A stretch of 64,000 nt of DNA from Macrostomum lignano (taxonomy: Eukaryota), in assembly GCA_002269645.1 (NCBI GenBank), contig NIVC01000556.1, positions 124,001 to 188,000 of the forward strand, written 5' to 3'. This document shows, piece by piece, positions 14,101-26,621 of the stretch (position 1 is its first letter; every line of letters starts with the position of its first letter). The notes below the pieces were generated by a model, which did no database searches, was not told the DNA's origin, and worked only from the letters and a program-made list of their open reading frames with translations. A program made the position numbers and the translations under genes.

Positions 14101-17100
14101 AGTTACAGTTCCATTTTGCCCAGTTCACAAGCTCTACTTCTCTTCTCCAATACCCCCGGTACGTGCATACAATTTTCTGATAATGCCAAGAGCTCTTGAA
14201 AAAAGAAGCAAACCTGAGCCACCCAAGCACCCCGATGCAGCAGTTATCTGCTACGCTTTAACACAGAAACGGAAGGGCGCCAGTGCTGAGTTGAAAATCT
14301 CGCAAAATTTGGCTTTATCAAACAGGAACTGGCTCAGTCATTCAGTATATTTCTCCAAGTCAAAAACGAACAGGAAGCAGCCTCCAAAGTGAGATTCCTT
14401 CAACCAGAAGGCTTCCATTGAGGCTGGCGTTGCCGCAATAAATTGATGAAGAGAGTATGTACCGTCTTCATTGTTAGGCCGCTTCCTCAAGCGGTCGTTT
14501 TGCGTTAAAAGCCCTCTACTTGAATGACAATGATTTCTTTGAGGCAAAAACCGCCGCTTGCCCGTGCATGCATCTCTTTATGCGCTTTTTTTGTCACCTC
14601 AGGTCAACAACGCGACAGCAAGGGCATGGGATTCTGCGGCGCAGTGCTGCTGTTCCTGTCCTACACGCTTATCTTTGCCACGTTCCCGTTCTCCCTGTGT
14701 CTCTGCATCAAGGTACGAAAGCGTCTTATTAATGCAATGGAAACTACAAATAAATTATTCATCTTAGTGAATGCACGTTGTCGAAAACCTTTTTGCAGGT
14801 CGTTGCTGAGTACGAACGGACCGTGATCTTCCGTCTGGGCCGCATCCTTGAGGGAGGCGCCAAGGGTCCCGGTCTGTTTTTCATCGTGCCCTGCATGGAC
14901 ATGATCCGCAAAGTGGACCTGCGTACTGTCACCTTTGATGTGCCGCCCCAGGAGGTGAGTTCGCCGGTTCGCTTGGACTTGAGATGGGCTAAGCTGGACT
15001 GAGATTCATGAGATTCATATCATGCGATTCATGGGATTCATATTATGAGATTCATGAGATTCATATCATGCGATTCATGGGATTCATATTATGAGAATCA
15101 TGAGATTCATGAGAGTCATGAGATCACGAGGTTCATATTTTAAGATTCATGAGATTCATGAGATTTATGTGATCCATGAGATTCATGAGATTCATATCAT
15201 GAGATTCACGAGATTCATGAGATTCATGAGATTCATGAGATCGATGAGATTCATATCATGAGATTAATGAGATCCATGAGATTCATATCATGAGATTCAT
15301 ATTTTAAGATTCATGACATTGAGTGGCATTGATAACACCGCTACTTCTAGTGGTCCTTTAGTAGGGACTAGTGATGGATTCTTTGTTGAAGGTCTTAATA
15401 CATCGACAGCAAGTGCTATTCAAAGCATCTAGTCCTAAACAGACGCAAATAGCTCTAAAGCCCTAATCTTTCTTCTTTCCGTATCCCGTTATTATCAGTA
15501 GGCTGTTTACGGATTCTAAAATTCGATAATATATTGCTTTTCCATAAAAGCTCCTCTAGACTGAACCCGTATAACCTTAGTCTCAAATAAATTCAGTTCG
15601 CACGAGCTATGGGGGGTGAAGCCTACAAACCTTCCATCCCCTCTGCATCACGCGCTCTCCATCCTCCAGCTTAGCGTGAATTCAATGCCTGAAGGCATCT
15701 GACTGAGGGGAGGGCGGCAAATTATAGGCAAAAGATTAGGAGACGATCAGGCGAAGGAGAGGTGGTTGGCTAGTCCATTTTCTCTCCATTTTTCTGCGCA
15801 CTCGCTTCTGTCGTGACGACGCGAAAAAACCCGAATGGGTGCGAAGGAGAGGACGAGGAGGACGATCGTAGGAGGAGGAGGAGAGAGACGGGGGGCGGGC
15901 AATCGAGTAGAAAAGGAAATTAAGGAAGGGCGACGAGCCCAAGTCATAGAGAGATCGTGGTTAGAGGATGGAGAGGAAGAAAAATGGGAGAATTCGAGAA
16001 GCAAGCGACTGCTCGGGCCTGACTATAGTCGGGTCTAGATCCACAAGAACTGAGAGAGAGAGAGAGAGAAAAATAAAGAAGTCGTGGGGAGAGAGCCAGT
16101 GTGTATTGCGTGTGTGTGTGTGTGCAAGCGTGAAGCAGTCCGAGTGAAACGCGTATACGTAGGCTCGAAGAAATTTGATTTACTTGATTGGATCCGCGAC
16201 GCGCGGTTTTGCGGCTGCTCCTCAGACGACGCACCGACGCCGGCCCGCTACCAGTTTCAAAAGAGAGTACTCGTACATGTATATGTGAAAATGTGGAGAG
16301 TTTCCTTCGAAAATTATTTCAGAATAAGATGTCAGATGTCAGATAGTAATATACACAAACTGTAGACTGTGCATATGCTGGTACATGCTCACATGGCGAT
16401 GCAGAGTGACCCTGACTTTTTAATCGTCAAGAGCAGGTAAACGTTTCGGCCACACGAGCCAGAACTAAGTGTGGCTCACTTGCACCCATGTACACGAGAC
16501 TGGAGACTGATAATGTGTATATACATGCGTCTTAACTTCAATAATGTCTATACTACGCAGGTGCTAACGAAGGACTCCGTGACGGTGGCCGTAGATGCAG
16601 TTGTTTACTACCGAATTTACAATCCGGTCATCGCTGTCACCAACGTGGAAGACGCCGATAGATCCACCCGCCTGCTGGCTGCCACCACTCTGCGCAATGT
16701 GCTGGGCACTAAGAATCTGTCCGAGATTCTGTCCGAACGTGAGAGCATTAGCAACATGATGCAGGTGAGTAGGCTACGCTACCTTATAGAACGGATCTTT
16801 GATTTTTAACTATTAACATTAAGGACCTATCGAAGATAGATTAGAAAAAGTTAGCTAAGTTTAGAAAATGTGATCGCAGAGAAAAACGAAAACCGCCTAA
16901 ATGTCATCCAATTTTCAAATCGGATCATGTTGGGCAGAAAAAATCATTTTTTTAGGTTACGAAAGAGTTGCATATACGTACGAGCCTGGATTTGATCCTA
17001 ACATTTCGTGCAGCAAAACTGCGTGTCTCACAGCAGATCTCAGTGCTACAGGCACACACGGAAGGAGTTAATCCTACAACTATCAGGACAGTCACGCCAG

Positions 17101-20100
17101 CATGAGGCACTGGCAGATAGGAAGAAGATTCAATTTCTGATTCAACCTCTCTTGACAAGCTCTTTTGCTTTATCCCCCCTGGTGCGGTTAGAACACGTGG
17201 GCGTTGCAGAGCTCCGAAAAGGGGAGTAGCTATATGTGTAGTAGGTAGTACGTACACGAAGGATTTTACTACTCTAATATGCCCTGTGAACTCGACGTAG
17301 TTGAAGCAGATAGCTTTTTTGATGGGACTGTCTAGGAAAGGAAAGGTCCGGGTTGTAGGAAGACCCGGGGGTAAAACAACAGCAACGGAAGTTTTCAACC
17401 GCAGGGCCTGGGCGTAAACCATGCAGGGGTTGGCAAACTCCGGTCTGTCAAGCCTCTCTATCCGGCCCTCAGGTCCTTTGAAACTTCACAATAGCAATCC
17501 GGACCGCGCAAGGTTTGCCTCTTCTCAGCTCTTTTCTCTTCTCTCCACTATCCCTTCTCTCCTCTTCTCTCCCCTCTCTCCTCTCTCCTCTCTCCTCTGT
17601 ACTCCTCTCTTTCCTCTCTATCCTCTTCTCTCCTTCTCTCCTATCTTTTCTCTCATCTATTCATCTAATCTTCGATTCCCTCTCCTTTCCACTCTCACCT
17701 GACTCGCAGCCATGAGCTGGATTCTCTATCCGGCCCCTGAGGTAAAAAAATTACTCAGTCGAAATTTCCTATAAATAGAAACTCTCGATGAGCTTCGACA
17801 GCCCAGTAAATCCCGAGCTGAAATGGGAGTTCTTTTTTATCTAGCAGTAAATCCCACAAATTTTCTTTCGCTTCTACATTGCCGCAATTTTCCCAAGAAT
17901 CCAAGAGCTCAAGCAATCTACTATGGGGCTCTTTCTAACTCCGAAATCTTAATCTGTATTCCCAGAGATAGGGCGAGCGAGGTAAAGTTTCATTTGCTAA
18001 TAGTGCATTTCCACAGCCACTCAATCGGAGATTCAGTCGACCAGAAATCTTCAGTCCGGCCTATGCAAATCCGATACAAATTGAGCAGTGAGCAGAGAAG
18101 CTATAGAATGCTAAAATAGGGGTCAATCCGAGGACAGAGTTCTTATATAGGTGCATCTTTATTCATCCGTGGCTGGAGATTTATTTCTGCTTTGGGATGG
18201 CTTGCTGCAGAAAGATTATATTATTGATTGTTTAGCGGAATTGCATGAGTATCTGGCTAAGGGATAACGAAAGAATAGGAATTAGCTCTGAAATCATTGA
18301 TGTTAACAAATGAAATGTACGTCGTAGCAGATTACTTGTTCCAGATACAGATTGAACTGAACAATCTGCAGATTGAATAAAACAACCTACGAATTGAACA
18401 CTTTACAAATTAAATTAAATAATCTACAGATTGCACTGAACAATCTACCGATTGGATTGAACAATCTACAGCTTACACTGAACAATCTACAGATTACACA
18501 GAACAATCTATAGATTACACAGAACAATTCATAGATTGGACTAAACAATCTACAGATTACACTGAACAATTTACAGATTAGACTCACCAATCTGCATATA
18601 CACAGTTCCAGCCTGCTATTAAACAGATTAAAATCATTCGAATAGAATGAGTATTTTTTTATGGAATTTTGTTTTAGAAATAATGTTTTTAATCAAATTG
18701 AAAGGCCGCGCAAGCAGTTAGGGATATTTTTCATGATTAGTGTGTTTTCATCTGTTGTCAGACAACAGAGAGAAATCGAAGCCATTTCAAATTGCAATTT
18801 ATTTTCGTCCTTGAACAGACGTGCATGTTTTGCTTTAATTTTCAGAATATGCTTGACGACGCCACAGATCCGTGGGGAGTGAAGGTGGAGAGAGTGGAAG
18901 TGTAAGTTAACTGCGGCCATATCATTTTTTAAATTAAGATCACGTGCCATTTGTTTTGTTTTAATTGTTGAACGAATTCAACTGAATTATTCTAAAAGAA
19001 AGGATCTTCGATTGAATTTTAAATAAAATTCGGTGAAAAAATCTATAGCATTGCCATATTCTTCCATAAAGAAATTACTATACGAGTGGTTGGTTGAAAA
19101 AGATTTACTGCTATCTTCCCCAAACGGAATTTGGCTTCGATAGCGTGCCAGTGCAGCTCTTTGATTGACAGTGTCTCCAGGGAGACAAGCTTGCAGGAGC
19201 GTCTGCAGTCTTGAGGGGACAGATGGGTTCTGGGCGAAAAGCAACCTACGGTTTAAAGTGAAAATCATCACCGCGTCGTATCAGGCATGTACAGTACTTG
19301 TTTAAAAGAACTTGGCTTGGCGGGTGGGCTGTGTACACTCTGCAGTCGACGGTCTTCTTTTCTAGGTTTTTCTCCCCCCCCCTCGTTCTTTTTCATCCCA
19401 GACATTTCTGAAGAAAGCAGACAAAGAGATAGAATAGAAAAAGTGAAGAGAGAAGGCTGAAGTTTGCCTCGACCTGTGTAAAGAGCTGAATATTAGGTGA
19501 CTGCTTGAGATTTTCACACGTTAAGTTGTTTCTTCTGTTGAAAGTATTCGACGTACAGATTGAAGGAAAAGTGTTGCCCAAATGACTAAATAAAACTTGT
19601 CAAAATAGAAGCAGGAAAACGGTACAAGCTAAGAAGCGTCCCAAAGTCGTTGCAGGAGAACACAGGTAAAATAGGAAAATTAAGTGACTTTATTAGACGA
19701 CTCTAAAACTACGAGATTTCACGATACAACGGCTAAATTTGATGTTTCCTTGTCTAAATAAAAGCCTTAAATAAGGTTCTGAAAAATTGAAAGACAATAT
19801 TGTATTTTGAGATTGTCTAAACTTAACAGTTTTGTTGAAATCGACTGGGAAAATGTGCAGAACAAAGTTGGTACTTTTTGATTGCCTAACGTGGAAGCAG
19901 GCACTCATTCGAGAATGAGAAAGAGGAGAGAGAGGCGGAGAGAAATGTGAAGAGAAGCAGAGGCCTTTGCTGCTCACCACGGAAGCAAAAAAGCCGCCGG
20001 TAACATTGCATTGATTGAAGATTCGCATGAGCCCGTCGAAAAACTGGGACGACACAAACACACACATGGTTTAACTCCCGTCCATATATACACGCGCACC

Positions 20101-23100
20101 CATCGTGAGGCTTTCCCATGCGATCCAGCAATGTAGCATTCATCCCCATCCCCCCTTCCTAGTCCCTGTTGCTTCCTGGTTTCGTTGGACTAAAAATGAG
20201 CAAACTATGATGGCAATGCACGGCTGGCGTAGAGACGCAGGGCTCAGGCTCTGGCTGGCCAAGAGTGAAATAATGCTGCTTCTCCACTTTGCTCTCTTCA
20301 TTTTCTGCCTCCCCCCCACCCCTCAACTGTCTCGTCAGCCGAAATCCCGGACTTTTCTATCCATCCCAGCAGGACGCAGGCATACGCATCCCTTTTCCTC
20401 ATTCCCAACTCAATTCCACTCTCGCGGTGGGCCAGCGGGAATGGATTTGGAATGATGGGGATGTGGGGGGGGGAGAGTCGTCTCAGATCCTCAGGAAGCC
20501 GCGCAGCCCGAAGGATTGCTCCCTTCGGATTAAAGAAAAAGATAGATAGCATAGATGGATAGAGAGATGGGAAAGGCGGAGATGGAGCGGCAAGAAAGTC
20601 CGCGGCTTTGCTGGTTCTCACTCAGCCTCTGTCTGTCCTTCATCTCTCTCTCTCTCTCTGTGTTCTTCCGCCAAGTTCTACTCAATTTTTTGCTTGACAT
20701 CATCCGCAGTCTCAGTGCGACATGTGCGCTGCTTTTTGGAACCCCTAGCGGTTGGAAAATTGTACTTCTAGGTGGCTCAGTAACTCTTTGACCATGCAAA
20801 TTTAGCATGTTGCTGCGTGTACATAAATATCAAAATCCAAACCATCGTTTTCTATCCATTGATTGAAATTCGAATTTCAACATAAATATTAACAAATTCA
20901 TTTACAGAGCTTGCAACTTTTAATTCTGTTCGAACTTAGATTGACAATAGCGATAATTTGCTATGATATTTTAAACACAATCCAAACAGCCCTATTATTG
21001 ATTTTGTTCATATTGATTTTAAGCGCCCGACGGAGCATGAAAAACTTAATTTATGAATATCATCAAATCCAATACCCAAAAGGAATTTCTGGGCTTAAAA
21101 ACAAAAATCTTGCGGAGCTTCTAACGGATCGATGCTTCACATCTAAAAAGCAAATAGTAAAAATGATTTCTACGTTAACTACGCTCGTAAAATCATTCCT
21201 CGGTCACAAAAATTACTTTTTTTGCTAAACTTTTTAACAAGCAGTCTAGGTCACACTAGATCAAGCAGTGTAGATCACACTAGATCAAGCAGTGTAGATC
21301 ACACTAGATCAAGCAGTGTAGAACACACTAGATCAAACAGTGTAGAACACACTAGATCAAGCAGTGTAGATCACACTAGATCAAGCAGTGTAGATCACAC
21401 TAGATCAAGCAGTGTAGATCACACTAGATCAAGCAGTGTAGAACACACTAGATCAAACAGTGTAGATCACACTAGATCAAGCAGTGTAGATCACACTAGA
21501 TCAAGCAGTGTAGAACACACTAGATCAAGCAGTGTAGATCACACTAGATCAAGCAGTGTAGATCACACTAGATCAAGCAGTGTAGAACACACTAGATCAA
21601 GCAGTGTAGAACACACTAGATCAAACAGTGTACTCGTAGAACACACTAGATCAAGCAGTGTAGAACACACTAGATCAAACAGTGTAGAACACACTAGATC
21701 AAGCAGTGTAGAACACACTAGATCAAGCAGTGTACTCGTAGAACACACTAGATCAAGCAGTGTAGAACACACTAGATCAAACAGTGTAGAACACACTAGA
21801 TCAAGCAGTGTAGAACACACTAGATCAAGCAGTGTAGAACACACTAGATCAAACAGTGTACTCGTAGAACACACTAGATCAAGCAGTGTAGAACACACTA
21901 GATCAAACAGTGTACTCGTAGAACACACTAGATCAAGCAGTGTAGAACACACTAGATCAAACAGTGTAGAACACACTAGATCAAGCAGTGTAGAACACAC
22001 TAGATCAAGCAGTGTAGAACACACTAGATCAAAGCAACAGTCGATAGTGTAAATCGTACACCTAGGTACGCCTTAGCCGTGAAAGCAGATTAAAACAAAA
22101 CTGACGGGATTTTTAAACACAAAAGAGATGAGATCATGCGGAAATTTAGCTTGCTCAAGCGAGGAGAGACTAAAATGAAGTTAAAAATTAATGGACTCGG
22201 CCTCTGGACAAATGTTACTTACATGCAACTCGAAAATTTAAACCGTGCTGCCCCGCGTCTAATCTGTTTACAGGAAGGACGTCCGGCTTCCCGTTCAGCT
22301 GCAGCGAGCCATGGCTGCCGAAGCTGAGGCCGCTCGCGAAGCTCGGGCCAAGGTTAGTTTAACGTGCAGCTAATAATTGTTTCGATACATATCGGGCACT
22401 ACGGAAGCTACGAAGGATAAGACAAAAAACAATATTAATAACTCTTGAAAACAGAAGATATGAAAATATTTACAATGTTAGTAGTATCCGTCTTATTTTA
22501 TGCCAACGTTTTTTAAGGATTTCTACGAAATACGCCTGATACTCTACTTATATAAGTCGCGTATATATGAGTATTAATTTTCTTAGTTTAAAATCAAGAG
22601 ACTTAAGAGTAGCTCAGCGATAAATCGTCGTTGCACCCTTGCGCTAAGCCGATCAGAGGCGGATATAGAAATATAAACTGAGGGGGGTGGATTTTAACCA
22701 TAAGAGTGGGGCGCGCCATAATACACTAGAGGGGCGCCATAATACACTAGAGGGGCGCCATAATACACTAGAGGGGCGCCATAATACACTAGAGGGGCGC
22801 CATAATACACTAGAGGGGCGCCATAATACACTAGAGGGGTTGCCGGTGATTCTTGTTCAGATAGTCATCACCCGTGTGAGCGGATGCTACAATAAAGCCA
22901 CGTAATTGAAATCAACATGCTTCCAGCTAAAATATTTTTCGATACATATCGGGCTCTTAATTGAGACAATGTAAATCTCAGCACAGTGCCTAACTAAATC
23001 CACACGCGCAGGTAATCGCAGCCGAAGGTGAGCAGAAGGCCTCCCGGGCTCTCAAAGAGGCCGCCGATGTTATCAACGAGTCGCCGTTCGCCCTGCAGCT

Positions 23101-23209
23101 GCGCTACCTGCAGACTCTCAACACCATTTCGGCCGAGAAGAACTCCACCATCATTTTCCCGTTGCCATTGGAGATTCTGGCGCACTTCATGCACAAGCCG
23201 CCGCTGTGA
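3013..23209 (+). CDS. stom: Stomatin / MEC-2-like SPFH (band 7) protein, spliced; isoform A about 302 aa
   Basis: Exons 3013-3118, 14603-14712, 14799-14954, 16561-16764, 18846-18901, 22274-22352, 23012-23209. All are GT-AG and phase-consistent (909 nt). The translation has stomatin hallmarks: GFCG...FP hairpin, [85 protein letters not shown]. The core exons are near certain; the first exon is inferred from ATG + GTGAGT + phase 1. Confidence 0.93.
3239..3680. repeat. 42-bp minisatellite decaying into ~21-bp TCTATTCTCA subrepeats
   Basis: About 4.5 copies of tctattctcaccctgcttcgagctactctcaacctgtcttga, then degenerate copies. Confidence 0.85.
4500..5430. repeat. 30-bp minisatellite (agtgtacattgaggaagctcttacccactc)
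   Basis: About 30 tandem copies with point variants; source of the [10 protein letters not shown]-type ORFs. Confidence 0.95.
7340..7548 (-). mobile_element. CORE-SINE (MIR-superfamily core domain) remnant
   Basis: Minus strand of 7463-7526 reads gttgtgtctttgagcaagacacctaactctgcattgtttcagctcacccagctgtaaaatgggt, recognisably similar to the CORE consensus (...ccttgggcaag...cttaacctct...ctcagttt...tctgtaaaatggg). The tRNA head is not evident and the outer boundaries are approximate. Confidence 0.65.
11265..11328 (+). CDS. stom: Putative proximal alternative first exon of stomatin ([21 protein letters not shown])
   Basis: ATG at 11265, 64 nt, G|GTGAGT donor in phase 1. Confidence 0.6.
11651..11881 (+). 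CDS. stom: Putative symmetric (phase 1-1) Cys/Gly-rich cassette exon of stomatin
   Basis: gctaatttag| acceptor, 231 nt open frame (...[23 protein letters not shown]...SAKFK), G|GTAAG donor in phase 1; in frame with exon 14603. Confidence 0.55.
15001..15315. repeat. 9-bp (GAGATTCAT)n-based minisatellite in a stomatin intron
   Basis: Directly visible degenerate tandem array. Confidence 0.9.
17424..17751 (+). mobile_element. Possible truncated hAT/Charlie-like MITE with CT-rich interior
   Basis: Starts with CAGGGGTTGGCAAACT, resembling hAT-Charlie termini, with repeated TATCCGGCCC subterminal motifs (~17460, ~17728). No matching right TIR or TSD found. Confidence 0.4.
18340..18600. repeat. 21-bp degenerate minisatellite (gaacaatctacagattacact)
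   Basis: Directly visible tandem copies. Confidence 0.85.
21241..22034. repeat. 24-bp minisatellite (agtgtagatcacactagatcaagc)
   Basis: About 32 copies, some with a 6-bp TACTCG insertion; lies in a stomatin intron and produces the [11 protein letters not shown]. Confidence 0.95.
22654..22840 (+). mobile_element. Truncated copy of the hAT-type MITE family seen at 61983-62916, with 21-bp minisatellite
   Basis: CAGAGGCGGAT terminus, then gaaatataaa...ggattttaaccataagagtg, then (ggggcgccataatacactaga)n; homologous to the reverse complement of ~62250-62916. Confidence 0.75.
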
Positions 23210-26154
23210 GCTTTGATCGCAGCCATGTTGCAACTGGGAATGGAGGCGTCAATTCAAACGCTGGAGCTGGAGAAGGTCAACTACTCCAGAAGTAATCCCA
23301 ATTTAAATAAGCTTTGGCAGTCAAAAATATCTTTTTGTCACAGAGACAATTTAAACGTCGCTGTTAGATTTACATATACAATATATATACATAAATGTGC
23401 ATAAATGTACTAAAAGCACCATTTTTGTAAACTCTTGCAGCTGTACATTAAGTGTACATGCCTATATATTACTCTGCGCTCCTATCTATTGTAGCTGTAT
23501 TACTTGTATTTGTAACAATTTGCAACTTATTTTTCTACCATTTCATGCACCAATTCTCGATCTTCTTGTGCTTCTCGCGTCGTCGCGTCAAATTATATAA
23601 TGGTAGATCCAGGATGTCAAGGAGGGTCATGCGATCTCAAAGAAAGAAAATAATGCATCCAACACTGAATCAAATCATGCATATTCTAATGTATGTGACG
23701 TGTGAATTTTTTAAAATAGTCTTAGCGTGTATTTTTGGTAATATCTACATCTTTTTAGCTCCACCTTGTTCTGTGTCTCTCTTGATCATAACAGTTCTTT
23801 GTTTTCTTGAGAGTTAAGACCCTGCCCCTACTACCCTTAAAGTCTGGAAGAGTAACAACCAATCGAAAACGACAGATAAGATAAGAGAAGAAAACGGACG
23901 CAGCCTGACGGGTTTTAATTGGCTGATGGGTTAATTGGTTGCTATTTTTAGGAACACGTGCGGGCAACCGTGTAGGCACGTGACTATAGCATCAGGCCAT
24001 AAAATATTTTGTTATTCTATGTAAATAGCTCCTCGTAGCTAGCATTAGTTTCTAGCCTTGAAAACTCCTAGGACTTTCAGATTTTAGCGTCAGTAGTAAT
24101 TTTAACTCTGACTGTGTGCTTATCTGATTTTTCAATTTGAACGAGTCTAATAAAGGCGAGAGAACTAGTGCCATGATTTACGAAAGCCTACGCGAGCAAA
24201 TTAAAGTTTGAATACGCCAATTACTATAACAAAAATGCAAAAAAGTTGCTGAAAAAACATTAACCCAAACAGAAATATAAAAAAAGAAACTCTCTCAAAT
24301 GCCATTTTTGTCTACGCATAGGCATCATATAGAGCCCCGATTTTACAACTAGCTAAACCCTTTAGGGAGACAATTGTAAAAGACCGAATCACTAGCTAAA
24401 AAGAATAACCGATATCGACAGTGATAACAACACTGTCACACTAATATTTCTCAATGCATGCATATCCTCGCACGGAAACACTTACCGTTTGTTTTCTCAA
24501 ACCCTGCAGTTAAGACTATTAGCTAATGGAACGCTCCTACAAAATTTCTTGCAAAAATTCTGCTATTAAATATTGTTGTCTTTCACCAATCGTAATTTTC
24601 ATCTAGCAACTATCTAAATCTGATTCTGATATATCTTATTCAGTGTGTTGGCGAGTGTTTTATTGGTGAAAAGTTTATTCAAAAAGTTAAATTCGCGGGA
24701 CGCAAATTGATTTTAAATTTAAATTCGCGCCAACAATTCGTAAATCGAAAACGTATTTTAGATTAATTTAATTAAGTATTTAGTATTTAATTATAATATT
24801 TTGTTTAATTTAGAGCATGCTCTTAGCTTTTTGTTACTTTTTATGATAAAACATTGACAAAACGTGACGTGAATTTAAATTAAGAAAATAATAGACATTA
24901 GGCATTCTTGGTTTGTAATTTTTAATCTTCCTTGGGTTTATAATAATTACACGACAATTTATTATTTACTACATTACAGTATAAAATTTAATAACACTAA
25001 TTAATTAGCATCATCTGTTTTTTAAACTCAAAAGTCAACTCAACCAGTTTTGCATCTCATCAACTCATATTTTGCTTGTATTTTTATTCAACGTGATAAT
25101 CGTAATAATCCGAATGATGCATGTTTGTTATTCTGTCCATGTTTAGCTTAGAAAGGACCTACACTGCCGCACGCCCATTGGCCCATAAACACTGACTTGT
25201 CTCTATGTCGAATTGGTTTATGTACAACAAGTGCGTCAAACTTATTCCCTTTTAATTGTCTGCTAAATAATAATAATCTGTCTGGCCGTTATTTAGTTTG
25301 CAATATTTCAGTGTTCTGTGTCGACTGTCAGCGCAATGTATCTTAACTATATGTTTATTATTATTTCACTCTGGACTTGGACCACAAAAAGCTTATAACA
25401 AAATCGTTTATCTTAACAAAAAATTCTTAATTAAGCTTCAAATGAAAATTACCTCGCGATATTAGTATTTTTAAAACATGAACAAATAAAAGTCTTTAAC
25501 TTTGAGTAAAGAAAAACCTAATTAAAGGTTTTTGGCTGTTCAACGAAATCTTTATTGTCTGCTTAATACACTACTGAAAGTAGAAACGAAGCAAAATAGG
25601 AATATCTGACGACGGTTTTTTTAAAACCAAGATTTTGAAAATGATTTAAAATTTTCTAGAATACGACGTTTTTAAAGTTAGAATCGCTAAAATGATTTAC
25701 AAGCAGGATTTTACCTACAAGTAAACTTTATAGCAGGTTGCTTAAGTCGCCACTTCTGACCATGCATAATAAGCAGGGAGTGAAGTGGAAGGAGGCTGAG
25801 AGAGCAAACAATATTTTAGGGCGTGGTCGCGCTCTGGTAGTCTCAGCGGTTTCGATAAGGCCTAGCGCTTATATGCCTACTCTTTGATAAGGCAGTAGTT
25901 TTTTCATCTGGCGCTCCGCTCAAAGTCGAACGAAATTGCTGAAATATGGCTAGCTGAATTGAGGCTAAAGCTTAGTGGTGCCAAGCCGCTATAGTCAATC
26001 ACGGATTAAATACTGTAAGTATTAGTGCACCGGGGTTCCATGCTTCTCTTTGGCGCCACTATTTTGAGTCGGAATTAGAAAAATTTTCTTTGAACAAACA
26101 TCTTTAAAGGAGCGTTGGAAACTTGCGTGAACTGTAGAACGAATGAAGCATGCT

Positions 26155-26600
26155 GTCAGTGGCTAATGAGTCATTGAGCCAAGTAAAGGTCACTGACTAA
26201 TGAGTCATTGAGCCAAGTAAAGGTCACTGACTAATGAGTCATTGAGCCAAGTAAAGGTCACTGACTAATGAGTCATTAAGCCAAGTAAAGGTCAGTGGCT
26301 AGTCATTGAGTCAAGTAAGGGTCAGTGGCTAATGAGTCATTGAGCCAAGTAAAGGTCACTGACTAATGAGTCATTGAGCCAAGTAAAGGTCACTGACTAA
26401 TGAGTCATTGAGCCAAGTAAAGGTCACTGACTAATGAGTCATTGAGCCAAGTAAAGGTCACTGACTAATGAGTCATTGAGCCAAGTAAAGGTCACTGACT
26501 AATGAGTCATTGAGCCAAGTAAAGGTCACTGACTAATGAGTCATTGAGCCAAGTAAGGGTCAGTGGCTAATGAGTCATTGAGCCAAGTAGCGGTCTGAGG
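26155..26600. repeat. 34-bp minisatellite (ctaatgagtcattgagccaagtaaaggtcactga)
   Basis: About 13 copies, nearly all containing TGAGTCA. Confidence 0.95.
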
Positions 26601-26621
26601 TTAATGAATCTGTGAATGAGG

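Noticed and set aside
21222-22052. 276-aa SSVEHTRS repeat protein
   Set aside because: It is the translation of a 24-bp intronic minisatellite and starts at a non-ATG codon.
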